DNA of 64,000 nt from an uncultured Oligoflexus sp. (lineage in GTDB: Bacteria; Bdellovibrionota_B; Oligoflexia; Oligoflexales; Oligoflexaceae). Shown here in pieces: positions 29,651-39,366 of this stretch. Where the stretch lies: positions 65,665-129,664 of the forward strand of contig CAXSGP010000002.1 in assembly GCA_964236955.1 (NCBI GenBank), read 5' to 3'. Every line of letters begins with the position of its first letter. Within the stretch, counting starts at the first letter, position 1. The notes beneath the pieces were generated by a model. The model did not search any database and was not told the origin of the DNA. It saw only the letters and a list, made by a program, of their open reading frames with translations. The position numbers were made by a program, and so were the translations under genes.

Positions 29651-30031
29651 GTAAATGCCCTCCGGCTGCTTAGGAAGCGGAACGGATCCTGTCGCAGATT
29701 CGACTGTGAATACCATTGAGAGAAAGAAAAATTTCGAATTTTAAAACCCCAATTCCAATCATCAAATTAAAGGAAGGGGAGACGCGCCGCAGAAATATCA
29801 GCCCAGGCTGAAGCAGCTCATAAGACTCCATCCAAAAAGTCGAGTCGATAAGTCAGACGCCAAGGGATGCCGCTGCATAATTTGCAATAACTGTTCCGTT
29901 GGCAGCAAACCTATAATTGCTGGTTCAGCCTTAAGTCCGATCGCCTTAACACTTAAGGGGGACAGGGTTGCTGTATTCGTATAAGGGCAGCATAAGATTC
30001 CATGTATCAAAAATAATACAGCTTGATCGAT

Positions 30032-31201
30032 TCAAAGCGTGGCGCGCTCCGAGCGTTCTGCCTTAAAAGGACTGGTCATCGTCCGCATTTCGCTGAAAAG
30101 CGCCGTTTTCTCTTCCTTTACAAAGGCTTCGATGGGCCTTGCAAAGCGACTGTCAAAAATCTTGTGAGCGCTGTAGGTAAGCGAGGGTAAAAAGCCACGC
30201 TGAATCTTGTGCTCACCTTGGGCGCCAGCCTCAAAGGTGACGATGCCGTTCTGGAGAGCATAGTCGATGGTTTGATAGTAGCAAAGCTCAAAATGGAGGT
30301 CCTGGTAGGGCACGAGACTCCCCCAATAGCGGCCATAAAGTTTGCTGCCCTTTTTGAAGTTCAAGGCTCCTGCTATCGCTCCCTTGTTATCAGAGGCCAA
30401 AACCAAGACGATCCGGTCGGCCATCGTCGCAAAAACCTGTTCAAAAAAACCCGGCTGCAGGTAAGCGACAGCGTTCTTCTTATCGGTAGTGGTTTGATAG
30501 AGACTTTCCATGATCGCCGCATGCTCGACCCCTAAATTGGCGCCACTCAAACATTCGACCTTAAGTCCATGAGACTGGGACCGCAGCCGCTCTCTGGTGA
30601 TATCGCGCCGACGCTTGCCGATCAGACTGTCGAGGAAGTCCTGAAAATCCCGGTAATTTTGATTGCGCCAGTGGTACTGCATCGAATGCCGAACCGTGCA
30701 GCCTTCCGCCTCAAACAAAGGTGCTTCGTCGGCTTCAATAAACAAAGCGTGAAAGGAACTCAGACCACTGCTTTTGGAAATTTCCAAGGCCGCTCGGATT
30801 AAGGTCGACCGCACCAGCGTCGGGTCAGCATTCTTAGCAACGAGGATGCGTGGACCGGTGGCGGGCGTAAAAGGTACTGCCGTTAGGAGTTTGGGATAAT
30901 AGGCCACACCATGGGCCTGATAAAAGTTCGCCCATTGCCAGTCAAAGATATATTCGCCATAGCTATGCTGCTTAACGAAGGCATAGATCAGGCCGAGTAG
31001 GTTTCTATCGGCGTCTTCGGCCGTGATGTAGAGGGGCTGCCAGCCGCTGCCGCCGCTGGTGTCATTGCCAGCGCCTATACTTCCCGAGTCTTCCAGTGCC
31101 GCAAAGAATTCATAATCGTTAAAAGGAAAATCCGCGGATTCCAGCCCCCGCCAGGCTTCGACCCCGATTTCACGAACTGACCTCAAGATGTTTAGCTTCA
31201 T
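30032..31201 (-). CDS. GNAT/FemAB-like protein (DUF482 family)
   Basis: HSYGEYIFDWQWA, YYPKL.TAVPFTPATG, LYGRYWG, LHFELCYYQ and EAGAQGEHK..RGF. Confidence 0.9.
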   Translation of the reverse strand: MKLNILRSVREIGVEAWRGLESADFPFNDYEFFAALEDSGSIGAGNDTSGGSGWQPLYITAEDADRNLLGLIYAFVKQHSYGEYIFDWQWANFYQAHGVAYYPKLLTAVPFTPATGPRILVAKNADPTLVRSTLIRAALEISKSSGLSSFHALFIEADEAPLFEAEGCTVRHSMQYHWRNQNYRDFQDFLDSLIGKRRRDITRERLRSQSHGLKVECLSGANLGVEHAAIMESLYQTTTDKKNAVAYLQPGFFEQVFATMADRIVLVLASDNKGAIAGALNFKKGSKLYGRYWGSLVPYQDLHFELCYYQTIDYALQNGIVTFEAGAQGEHKIQRGFLPSLTYSAHKIFDSRFARPIEAFVKEEKTALFSEMRTMTSPFKAERSERATL

Positions 31202-31262
31202 GCCTGATCTCCTTTGGCGCTGAAAAGGCACTTTACGCCCGCCTCAAGCGAAAGCCAAGACC

Positions 31263-32018
31263 TTAGCCGCCAAGGCTTTTTGAGCCAAAGCCCATGTACC
31301 CGAGATGAAGATCTGAGGTGAAGGTGAAATCAAATTCTTTGTGAACCTTTCTGCGCAATATCGAAGCCAGAAAAGGCCAATGGAGAATTTTAGGCCTTAA
31401 ACCGCGAAATTCTTGAACTCGAAGTTTCGCGGCCACGGCCATCGCTTCCAGTTCCTTAGGCTTAATGAACAGGCGCAGGAGATGAAAATTCTTGGGACAA
31501 TCCCTCGCGATAAATTCGACCGCTTTCACAGCCAACAGGCCCGCGAGGAAGGTCCGATTAAAGGTATAAAATACCAGCACGCCGCCCGGCTTGAGAACCC
31601 GTGCGGCTTCCTTGATCGCCTGGCCTGGCTCTTCCACGTGCTCAAGAAAATCAAGGAGCAAGACGGCATCGAAGGAGGCATCGGGGTAGGCAAGGGCATA
31701 GGCATCACCTGAGGTATAGTGAACATTAGCACCCGGCGGAGCATGCCGGGCCGCAACAGCGATCGAACGCGAGGATTGATCCATGCCATGAATTTCAAGG
31801 CCATCGCTGGCCAGAAGATTGGAAATAAACCCCGCGCCGCAGCCTATATCGAGGACCTTGGCTTTGCCGGTCACTCCTTCACGCGCGAAAACCTCCCGCA
31901 CGTAGACGGCCTTCACCCTTGATTCAGCCCGTAGTAAGGCGATGATATGCCCATCGTCGTTATACCAACGCTCATCGAGTTCATCATAGAATTGATTATT
32001 GATGAGAACTTCGGCCAT
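31263..32018 (-). CDS. UbiG-like SAM-dependent O-methyltransferase
   Basis: VLDIGCGAGFISN, DFLEHV, RVLKPGG and TFNRT; overlaps the upstream gene. Confidence 0.88.
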   Translation of the reverse strand: MAEVLINNQFYDELDERWYNDDGHIIALLRAESRVKAVYVREVFAREGVTGKAKVLDIGCGAGFISNLLASDGLEIHGMDQSSRSIAVAARHAPPGANVHYTSGDAYALAYPDASFDAVLLLDFLEHVEEPGQAIKEAARVLKPGGVLVFYTFNRTFLAGLLAVKAVEFIARDCPKNFHLLRLFIKPKELEAMAVAAKLRVQEFRGLRPKILHWPFLASILRRKVHKEFDFTFTSDLHLGYMGFGSKSLGG

Positions 32019-32457
32019 AATAAATATTCCAATAGAGGTGTTGATAGATTCCCCAGGCAAAAACGCTGGCAGCCAGCGCCTTGAGTTCCCAAGCCCATGG
32101 CTCTAGAAACCACAGCACTCCCACCACGACCAACAAAGCCCCATGCAGGATAAAAAGCATGGCGTGGCACCAATGCTCAATCGGCTCACAGGCTTCGGTA
32201 TGAATCCATTCGTCTTTGGTAACCAAAAGGCAAGAGGCTATGGCCAGGCCCGTAAAGCTTAGAAGCGCGGCTTGGGTTGGAGTCCAAAATGCAGGTACGG
32301 AAAGGGCGGTGCAAAACAGGGCGGTATCGGCCACGTGCCCCCAACGCTCAAAGGTCTCAAGACCACGCCGGCGGTGGAAGACTGCCTCATCGACAAACAT
32401 AAGCAGCGCCTGCGTTGCCGCCAGGAACATAAGGAGAAGATGCAGCGAAAAAGCCAT
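31996..32457 (-). CDS. uncharacterised membrane protein with duplicated DEx2-3H...ExxxH motif
   Basis: Hydrophobic helices; DEAVFH...ERWGH and DEWIH...EHWCHAMLFILH; lies between the PKS and the methyltransferase. Confidence 0.8.
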   Translation of the reverse strand: MAFSLHLLLMFLAATQALLMFVDEAVFHRRRGLETFERWGHVADTALFCTALSVPAFWTPTQAALLSFTGLAIASCLLVTKDEWIHTEACEPIEHWCHAMLFILHGALLVVVGVLWFLEPWAWELKALAASVFAWGIYQHLYWNIYYGRSSHQ

Positions 32458-32461
32458 GCGC

Positions 32462-33601
32462 TCAAACCTTTTGCAGGATATTCATCGTCACGGTGAGACC
32501 GGGACCAAAAGCCATGGACACTATAATTTCGCCCGCTTTAACATCGCTATCTTCTTGCATGGCAAGCCAGACATGAGGCAGTGTCGCCGAAGACATATTG
32601 CCAAATTTCGCCAGCACGGCCTTGCTGTGCTTGACTGAATCGTCGGTAAGACCCAATTCCTCTTGAATCGATTCAACGATTCGTGGCCCCCCCGGATGGA
32701 TGGCAAAGCGGGAAATGCTATCGCGCGACAGCAATTGAGCGTCGATAAAATCACTCAAATGCTGCCCGATCACCGTGTTGAGCTTGGTCACAACTTTACG
32801 GCTCAGGGTCATATGAAAACGAGAATCCTGAAGATCCCAGCTCATATACTCAGCGCTATCGGGAACCAGCGCCTCATAGTGGGCGATAAAGGCCAGACTC
32901 CCGCGTTTGGCCTGGCGTCCGATATTGATGCGGGCGCAGCCATCGGCAAATAAGACATTGCTGACGATCTGATCGGGATCTTTAGCCATAGGATCCAAAT
33001 GCAGACTGCACAGTTCGGTGCTAAGGACACTTACCGTAGCCTCAGGCGCCACATTTTGCGCCATCTGCACAGCCATATGTACTCCAGGCACCGATGCGTA
33101 GCAACCCATGTGGCCAATTTTTAAAAGTCTGGACTGCTTTTCCCAGCCATATTCCAGCACCATGCCCTGCAGGGGAAAGGGCGCCCGGTAGCCCGTGCAG
33201 GAGATGTCTATGATATAAGCCGGTGCCTCTTCACTGGGATCGAAAGCCTCGCGTGCCATGGAATTGGCAGCCTCGACATAAATATTCATGCGATCCTGCA
33301 AGGGCGGTGCAGAGCGTGGCGCAAGCGACCCATCCGAACGCACGGAGGGCTTAAATAGGCGCATATTCTCCCAATCATTATGGGTATAATCGACTAGAAC
33401 CGACCCACGGGATTTAATGCTGTCATTACTCAAAAGGCGCTCGTAGAGATTTAAGGCTCTTGAAACACTTTCGCCATTGGCTTCAGCGTTTTTTTGCAGG
33501 GCTTTCATGAGCCAGGCTATCGTTTCGCTTTGAGGCAGGCGATAGGGGGCCGAAATGCTCTGGATTTTATGGATAAAGGCGAGAGGTTTTAGCAGAGCCA
33601 T
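32462..33601 (-). CDS. type III polyketide synthase (alternative start 33628)
   Basis: Cys-His-Asn triad in GHMGCYA, AIHPGG and GNMSSAT; also SCTG, ELCSLH, LFADG and AFGPGLT. Confidence 0.93.
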   Translation of the reverse strand: MALLKPLAFIHKIQSISAPYRLPQSETIAWLMKALQKNAEANGESVSRALNLYERLLSNDSIKSRGSVLVDYTHNDWENMRLFKPSVRSDGSLAPRSAPPLQDRMNIYVEAANSMAREAFDPSEEAPAYIIDISCTGYRAPFPLQGMVLEYGWEKQSRLLKIGHMGCYASVPGVHMAVQMAQNVAPEATVSVLSTELCSLHLDPMAKDPDQIVSNVLFADGCARINIGRQAKRGSLAFIAHYEALVPDSAEYMSWDLQDSRFHMTLSRKVVTKLNTVIGQHLSDFIDAQLLSRDSISRFAIHPGGPRIVESIQEELGLTDDSVKHSKAVLAKFGNMSSATLPHVWLAMQEDSDVKAGEIIVSMAFGPGLTVTMNILQKV

Positions 33602-33933
33602 GATGTGTTCCTCTGGATCGAATGTCATTCGACTTTACCTTAAGGAAAGCACGAAGAATAGAAAAGGCAAATTTCCGGGGAGGATCGCGGCCGTTTCTAA
33701 AACTCACTTGATACCAGCGACTTCCCCTGCGTTTACGCAAAAGTCTTAGGCTTCAGAGCACGCTTGTTATCATCATTATGGGGAAAACTGCCGCTCATGA
33801 CATGAGGAGCGCCTAAGAATACAGAGTGGGTGAGGAAAGGATTCCATCCATATGCTTTTGCATGGGATGAATTTGCAGCCTTCCCTTCATCCCGAAGCCA
33901 ATAATAACGAAGGTCCAGCCCTTTCTTTTAGCA

Positions 33934-34794
33934 TTACCGGGTAGCGTTCAAAGGTTGACTATTGTCTCCCACATGACAGCCTAACAGCGTGCCTGAGGAA
34001 AAGCCCTGCTCAAACGAGGCCATTCGTTGAGCCGATGATCCATGCGTAAAAGAATCAGGGACGACCGAGCGTCCACTGGCTTTTTGCAGCCTGTCATCCC
34101 CGACCGCCGAGGCTGCATTCATAGCTTCCTCAACATCACCTTCTTCGAGAGAATGATTGATCTGATTGGTGGACTTGGCCCAAACGCCTGCCAGACAATC
34201 GGCCTGCAATTCAACTTTAACCGATTCCTGGTTGAAATCTTTTTCACTTAAGCGCGCGCGGTTTTGTTGCATCCTCTCCGATATGCCATAAAGATTTTGC
34301 ACATGATGTCCAACCTCATGCGCCACGACATAGGCCTGGGCAAAATCTCCTTTGGCACCCAGTCTATCCGCCAATTCCTTAAAAAAACTGAGATCCAGAT
34401 AAACCTTTCGATCAGCAGGACAGTAAAAAGGTCCTACGGCGCTCCCTGCAGTCCCACAGGCCGTCTGCACACGATCGGAGAAGAGCACCAGGCGAGGCAC
34501 GACATAGGAATTGCCCTGCTCGGCAAAGATTTTGGTCCAGACGTCTTCGGTATCAGCCAGGACCACCTTCATAAATTTCGAACCTTCATCGTCCTGCGCG
34601 GGCTGTTGCACTGAACTGCTCGGCTGCGGACTATTGCTCTGCTGCGGGATATTATTGAGAATGACATTGGGATCGCCACCCAGCAGGGCATAGATAATTG
34701 CCAGAATGATCGTGCCACCGCCGATCGCGCCGGCGGTCTTCATGCCTCGTCGGTCTTCAACGTTGCTGCTTTCTCTGCGTCCACGCCATTCCAT
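33934..34794 (-). CDS. neutral zinc metallopeptidase (YpfJ family)
   Basis: RESSNVEDRRG, GPFYCPAD, AHEVGHHVQ, ELQADC and DSFTHGSSAQR. Confidence 0.93.
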   Translation of the reverse strand: MEWRGRRESSNVEDRRGMKTAGAIGGGTIILAIIYALLGGDPNVILNNIPQQSNSPQPSSSVQQPAQDDEGSKFMKVVLADTEDVWTKIFAEQGNSYVVPRLVLFSDRVQTACGTAGSAVGPFYCPADRKVYLDLSFFKELADRLGAKGDFAQAYVVAHEVGHHVQNLYGISERMQQNRARLSEKDFNQESVKVELQADCLAGVWAKSTNQINHSLEEGDVEEAMNAASAVGDDRLQKASGRSVVPDSFTHGSSAQRMASFEQGFSSGTLLGCHVGDNSQPLNATR

Positions 34795-34837
34795 AAGTAA
34801 CCCCTTCGCATAACTAAAATTTCACCCTTAGACCTTT

Positions 34838-34853
34838 AGCAAAAAACGCGCCA
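34838..34853 (-). promoter_or_regulatory. sigma-54 promoter
   Basis: Minus strand reads TGGCGCGTTTTTTGCT, about 45 nt upstream of the peptidase start. Confidence 0.7.
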
Positions 34854-35243
34854 GATATAGGGACTTTGATTTTCACGGCCCGCAGAAAACTCAGACAAAA
34901 GAGGACTTCCTTTTATTTTGATAGCTTAGGGCGGCCCGCCGGCTCCGCTCTGGCGACCCCTACTCTTTCCGGACATACCCTTGATGGCCTTCGGCAGCCA
35001 GAGGCTTAGGTATGCCACTAAAGTTTTATCAAAACCGCTTCAGTCGGCCCATGGCCACTGCTGCAGTGAAGATGTCAGGCTTTAGCTCCTGAGCCCTCAG
35101 AAGGCAGGCCTATGCCGGCATCAGCCTGATCCGCTATTGATAGAGTCACGGGCCCTGTGGGATAAATAAGGGCAGGGACCCTCTGATCCGTCCCGATTAT
35201 CCAGCAGCTTGCCTTTTTATGGCGAAGAGAAAGAAGGATTTGC

Positions 35244-35729
35244 GTGAAATGGGATAAAAGAAAGCTGCATAACCTACTTCTCGAAACATTAAAATTCGAA
35301 CTTCATGCTACCCTATCCGCTGCGGAAACCGCCAAAGAAGGTGCCACCCATGAGGATGCTGTCGCAAAAAGCAAGTACGACACGCATGGTCTTGAGCTTT
35401 CCTATCTAGCAGGCTCCCAGTTTGAACGAGCCCGCCTGGTCGAAGCCAAAATCGCCATTCTCGAAAACAGCCTCTTCAGCGACTTTAGCGAAATTGATCC
35501 CATCGATGTGGGCGCATTGGTCGTTCTCAGCGGTAAATCCCCAAGACCCCAGGCCTATCTCATCTCCAATATCGGCGCGGGCCTCGACCTCAATTTTCAG
35601 AATGAAAAAATCGTGGTCATCTCTCCTGAATCTCCCCTAGGCGAGGCGCTGATCGGCCTGTCTCAAGGCGATACCATCGATTCCAAAGATCGCCAGAAAA
35701 ATTCCTATGAAATTTTAGCTGTGTTTTGA
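35244..35729 (+). CDS. GreA/GreB family elongation-factor-like protein
   Basis: ATHEDAVAKSKYDTHGLELSYLA, VGALV and ISPESPLGEALIG...GD. Confidence 0.85.
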   Translation: MKWDKRKLHNLLLETLKFELHATLSAAETAKEGATHEDAVAKSKYDTHGLELSYLAGSQFERARLVEAKIAILENSLFSDFSEIDPIDVGALVVLSGKSPRPQAYLISNIGAGLDLNFQNEKIVVISPESPLGEALIGLSQGDTIDSKDRQKNSYEILAVF

Positions 35730-35881
35730 TAGGCCAGACAGCGAAACGTCAACAGCCAGGAGCACTACGATCTCTTTACCGGCGCTCGCATAGCCAATCA
35801 TAAGCCTCGATTTTGGGCAGCCCTATGCCGAGCCATCCGTCTTTCAGCCAACGCCATAAGGCCGCTTTAAAGGCGTTTGAC

Positions 35882-35908
35882 AAAAAAAGCAGCTCCGATC
35901 GGAGCTGC
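35882..35908 (-). terminator. intrinsic terminator of the cytochrome c gene
   Basis: GCAGCTCC-GATC-GGAGCTGC with an adjacent A7 tract (U-tract on the minus strand). Confidence 0.75.
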
Positions 35909-35953
35909 CAGGAACGCTGAATTCCAAGTGCAGCATTTTTTTTGCATCAGGGA

Positions 35954-36595
35954 TTAGCGGGCCACTGTTTCCGGCGCGTCAGCATCAAGCCAAGCTTTAA
36001 GAAGGTTTTTGTCCGTATCGGTCAAGGGCTTGTTGGGAGGCATGGTGCCCGTGACAAGCACAGCCTTACGAATTTTAGCCAACGAAAGTTTGCTGGCTGC
36101 ATAAGAATCGAGGACGACGCCACCGGCAGCACGGGCGGCCTTGTGGCAAGGAAGACAGTTGGTCTTAAATATTTTTTCATTTACATTCGCCCAGTCGATA
36201 ACAGGTTCTGCTGGGGCTGGTACTGGGGCTGTAATGACGATAGGTTCCACAGGTGCAGGACTGGGCGTCGGGATCACAACGGGTTCAGTGGGGCTTGGCG
36301 TCGGAACAATTGCCGGAAGGCTAGGAATGCCTTCGACTGGGGGGGCAGCACCCGCAGCATCGGGAGCTGCTACGGGAGGGGTTTCGACCAGCGTTGCTGG
36401 GACTGTAACGACGGGATCTTTTTCTTTTTCAGCACGGGTGCCTGAAGGAGCTTCGCTATGGGCATTGGCGGCTGCGTCGGGCCGGTCAGGAGCCGGGTTA
36501 TTTTCGGTGTCGGGACGACTTCCACAACTGAAACAAAGAGTCATGACTAGGGATGCGAACAAAAGATAGTTTTGTTTATTGACGCTCTTGATCAT
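35954..36595 (-). CDS. lipoprotein c-type cytochrome with Pro-rich linker
   Basis: Lipobox-like CFSC, Pro/Ala/Thr-rich tether, heme motif CLPCH and distal-Met motif TMPP. Confidence 0.8.
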   Translation of the reverse strand: MIKSVNKQNYLLFASLVMTLCFSCGSRPDTENNPAPDRPDAAANAHSEAPSGTRAEKEKDPVVTVPATLVETPPVAAPDAAGAAPPVEGIPSLPAIVPTPSPTEPVVIPTPSPAPVEPIVITAPVPAPAEPVIDWANVNEKIFKTNCLPCHKAARAAGGVVLDSYAASKLSLAKIRKAVLVTGTMPPNKPLTDTDKNLLKAWLDADAPETVAR

Positions 36596-36911
36596 AAGTT
36601 CACCTCTTCTGAAACTGGCTTAAGGTGGATTCTTGACCCACTGATATTGACACAAGCGATAGCACCAAGCTTTTGCAAAAGCATCTTAAAAGCCTCTGCT
36701 ATTACAATTATTGAATCCCCAAAGCACCAGCGGGAATCCTTTTGCCGAAAAGTCGCCAAGGTCCAGGACCGGATGCCGCCGCTTGGAAGACTGGCTTAAG
36801 CCACTAGAACCTTTGATTTTTCTTTCTCTTGGGTTCAGCTCGGTATGGGGCGTATGATCCCTTTGAGATCGAGTGCGTTAGCTGGTGCCTTGGCGCCCTG
36901 GACTTAATAGG

Positions 36912-37326
36912 CTGAATGTTGAAATAAGGCCGGATATCTTGGGCTTCTTGTGTAACATTGGAAAACGCAATTTTGAACAAGCTCTTCAGCCGCTGCCGCA
37001 TCCTCTTTCGATGCGTTGGAAAAGCTGGAAGCTTCAAAAAGGCGCTGCCAAATTTACAGTCATGAGCGGGCAAATCCACGGTTACAAAACTGGGTCAAAA
37101 GCCTGGGATGTCGTGAGATCGGCCTTGAAAGTGGCGCCTTTCGCCTTATGCTTACTCAATATGATAGGGCCGAGTTGCGGGCGGACGAGCAGCAGGCATC
37201 GAAGATCAAAATTTCAGGGTTGCCTTTCTTTTTAATCAATCAACGCTATGCATCCCGGGAGCTCAACGGGTGGAGCTTTTTGCCGGGACTTTGCATAAAG
37301 CATGGACCGAGGAACATAGCAAATGA
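36912..37326 (+). pseudogene. degraded DsbA/FrnE-family oxidoreductase
   Basis: Three frame-shifted fragments: NVEIRPDILGFLCNIGKRNFEQAL, ELRADEQQASKIKISGLPFFLINQRYA and GAQRVELFAGTLHKAWTEE*. CPWC is lost and there is an internal deletion. Confidence 0.75.
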
Positions 37327-39104
37327 TGGTGCAGGAACGCGTAAAAAATCTCCAGAGTCTGTTGCGAAGCCATAAACTTTCGGCTTATGTCGTACCCAGT
37401 TCCGATCCGCATCAAAGTGAATACGTAGCTCCCAAATGGGGCCGCCGCGAATTCATAAGCGGCTTCACGGGGTCGGCAGGGCTCTTCGCAGCGAGCCTGG
37501 ACTCGGCAGGACTTTGGACTGACGGCCGTTACTTCGAACAGGCCGAGGTGGAGCTTTTGGGCTCATCGATAGCCCTCTTTCGTCAGGGTCAAAGCGGGGT
37601 TCCGGAATGGCAGGATTGGATGATAAGCACCCTTCAAAAAGGCAGTCGGGTTGGCATCAACCCTGAGCTTTTTTCCGCACAGGCCTATCAAAAGATTGCG
37701 AGCCAATTTTCCAAAGCCGGACTTGAACTCGTGCCTCAGAAGGATGACCTGGTCGATAGCATTTGGGCCAAAGACCGACCGGAACTGCCGAGCGAAAAAC
37801 TCTACGCCCATCCTTTGGCTTTTGCTGGCGAGGATCATCTATCCAAACTTAAAAGACTTCGCGATCGGTTAAAAGACGCCTCGGCTCAATGCCTTATTAT
37901 TTCCGCTCTGGATGAAATCGCCTGGCTTTTTAATCTCCGTGGCCGCGACGTGCCTTGCAATCCTGTGTTCTATGCGTATGCCCTAGTGAGCGCAGACAAG
38001 GCTGTTCTTTTCACGGAAGCTTCCAAACTTGATGCCGACCTTCAGAAGATCCTGGGACCCTCCGTTACTATCGAAGCCTATGAGACGTTCGCGCCCTCGC
38101 TTGAAAGCGTGGCCGGCCCGGTATGGCTGGATCCTTCCACGACCAGTGCCGCGGTTGAAGGGGCTTTAAAGAACAAGGGCGTCGTGATCTTAAATCAGGA
38201 ATCGCCTATTCCCGGCTGGAAGGCGGTGAAAAATAAAGCTGAGATTGCCGGGATGGAAGCGGCTCATGTCCGGGACGGTGTAGCGATGGTCCGCTTCAGT
38301 CGCTGGTTGAAGACGACGATAGGCAAAGAGGCGCTCGATGAAATCAAGGTTGCTGATAAGCTCGAATCCTTCCGAGCGATGGCCAAGGAATATAAGGGCC
38401 CGAGTTTTGCCACGATCTCGGGCTACGGTCCTCATGGGGCATTACCCCATTACCGGGCCTCGGGAGCTAGCAATTCCCCACTTAAAGCCGAAGGGATTTT
38501 TCTGCTGGATTCAGGAGCCCAGTATGACGATGGCACGACGGATATCACCCGCACCTTTGCTCTAGGCAAGCCGACCGATCGGCACAAATTTATTTATACG
38601 ACTGTGCTCAAGGCCCATCTTCTCCTGGCCCGCACTCTTTTTCCCAAAGGGGTGAATGGTTATCAGCTTGATGCGATTGCGAGACAGCCGCTATGGAAGG
38701 AGGCGCTGGACTATAATCATGGCACAGGTCATGGTGTGGGGGCCGCATTGTGTGTGCACGAAGGGCCGTTCAGTGTATCCAAACGCATGAATATGACTCC
38801 CCTTGATGTGGGCAATGTCCTATCGAATGAACCTGCCTGTTATATCCCCGGTGATTTCGGGGTTAGGGTTGAGAATTTAGTTAAGGTCGTTGTGAAGAAC
38901 GAAGGGGGAATCAATGGCGCTTACCTTGGTTTTGAAGATTTAACCCTTTGTCCTCATGAACGGGATTTGATCGATAAGAATCTATTGAGTGTCGAGGATC
39001 GCCTCCAGGTTGATCAGTATCATGCCCGGGTTTTGAATGAGATCGGCCCCTTACTGGGCGATCAGGACAGGGCTTACCTAGTCGAGCAGACGAAGGCGCT
39101 TTGA
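37323..39104 (+). CDS. aminopeptidase P (Xaa-Pro aminopeptidase) family
   Basis: DPHQSEY, SGFTGSAG, DSGAQYDDGTTDITRT, HGTGHGVG...VHEGP, SNEP and GVRVEN. Confidence 0.95.
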   Translation: MMVQERVKNLQSLLRSHKLSAYVVPSSDPHQSEYVAPKWGRREFISGFTGSAGLFAASLDSAGLWTDGRYFEQAEVELLGSSIALFRQGQSGVPEWQDWMISTLQKGSRVGINPELFSAQAYQKIASQFSKAGLELVPQKDDLVDSIWAKDRPELPSEKLYAHPLAFAGEDHLSKLKRLRDRLKDASAQCLIISALDEIAWLFNLRGRDVPCNPVFYAYALVSADKAVLFTEASKLDADLQKILGPSVTIEAYETFAPSLESVAGPVWLDPSTTSAAVEGALKNKGVVILNQESPIPGWKAVKNKAEIAGMEAAHVRDGVAMVRFSRWLKTTIGKEALDEIKVADKLESFRAMAKEYKGPSFATISGYGPHGALPHYRASGASNSPLKAEGIFLLDSGAQYDDGTTDITRTFALGKPTDRHKFIYTTVLKAHLLLARTLFPKGVNGYQLDAIARQPLWKEALDYNHGTGHGVGAALCVHEGPFSVSKRMNMTPLDVGNVLSNEPACYIPGDFGVRVENLVKVVVKNEGGINGAYLGFEDLTLCPHERDLIDKNLLSVEDRLQVDQYHARVLNEIGPLLGDQDRAYLVEQTKAL

Positions 39105-39302
39105 ACGGAACGAATGATTGGGGCCCATGCGGGCCTGAACTCTCGTCCTGTCTCAACTTTTTCCCATTGAAACTCGTGGGGCAGGAACCGCTCTTTTCAT
39201 GAAAGAATCGGGATTGGACTGATTTCCAAAATCATTAATCCCGCTGCCGGGCCTGGATTTTATCAGTCATTTCAAAGAATTGATTATACAGGAAAAGATC
39301 CT

Positions 39303-39330
39303 TAAAGTTTGCCTTAGCTTAAGCCGATAA
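39303..39330 (+). promoter_or_regulatory. sigma-28-type promoter
   Basis: TAAAGTTT-N12-GCCGATAA. Confidence 0.7.
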
Positions 39331-39366
39331 GGGGGGGTATATCGCTATAACTAGAGGTAATCCCAA

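Noticed and set aside
31263..32018. Housekeeping ubiquinone ubiG
   Set aside because: It is embedded in the PKS cluster with no other ubi genes, so no gene symbol was assigned.
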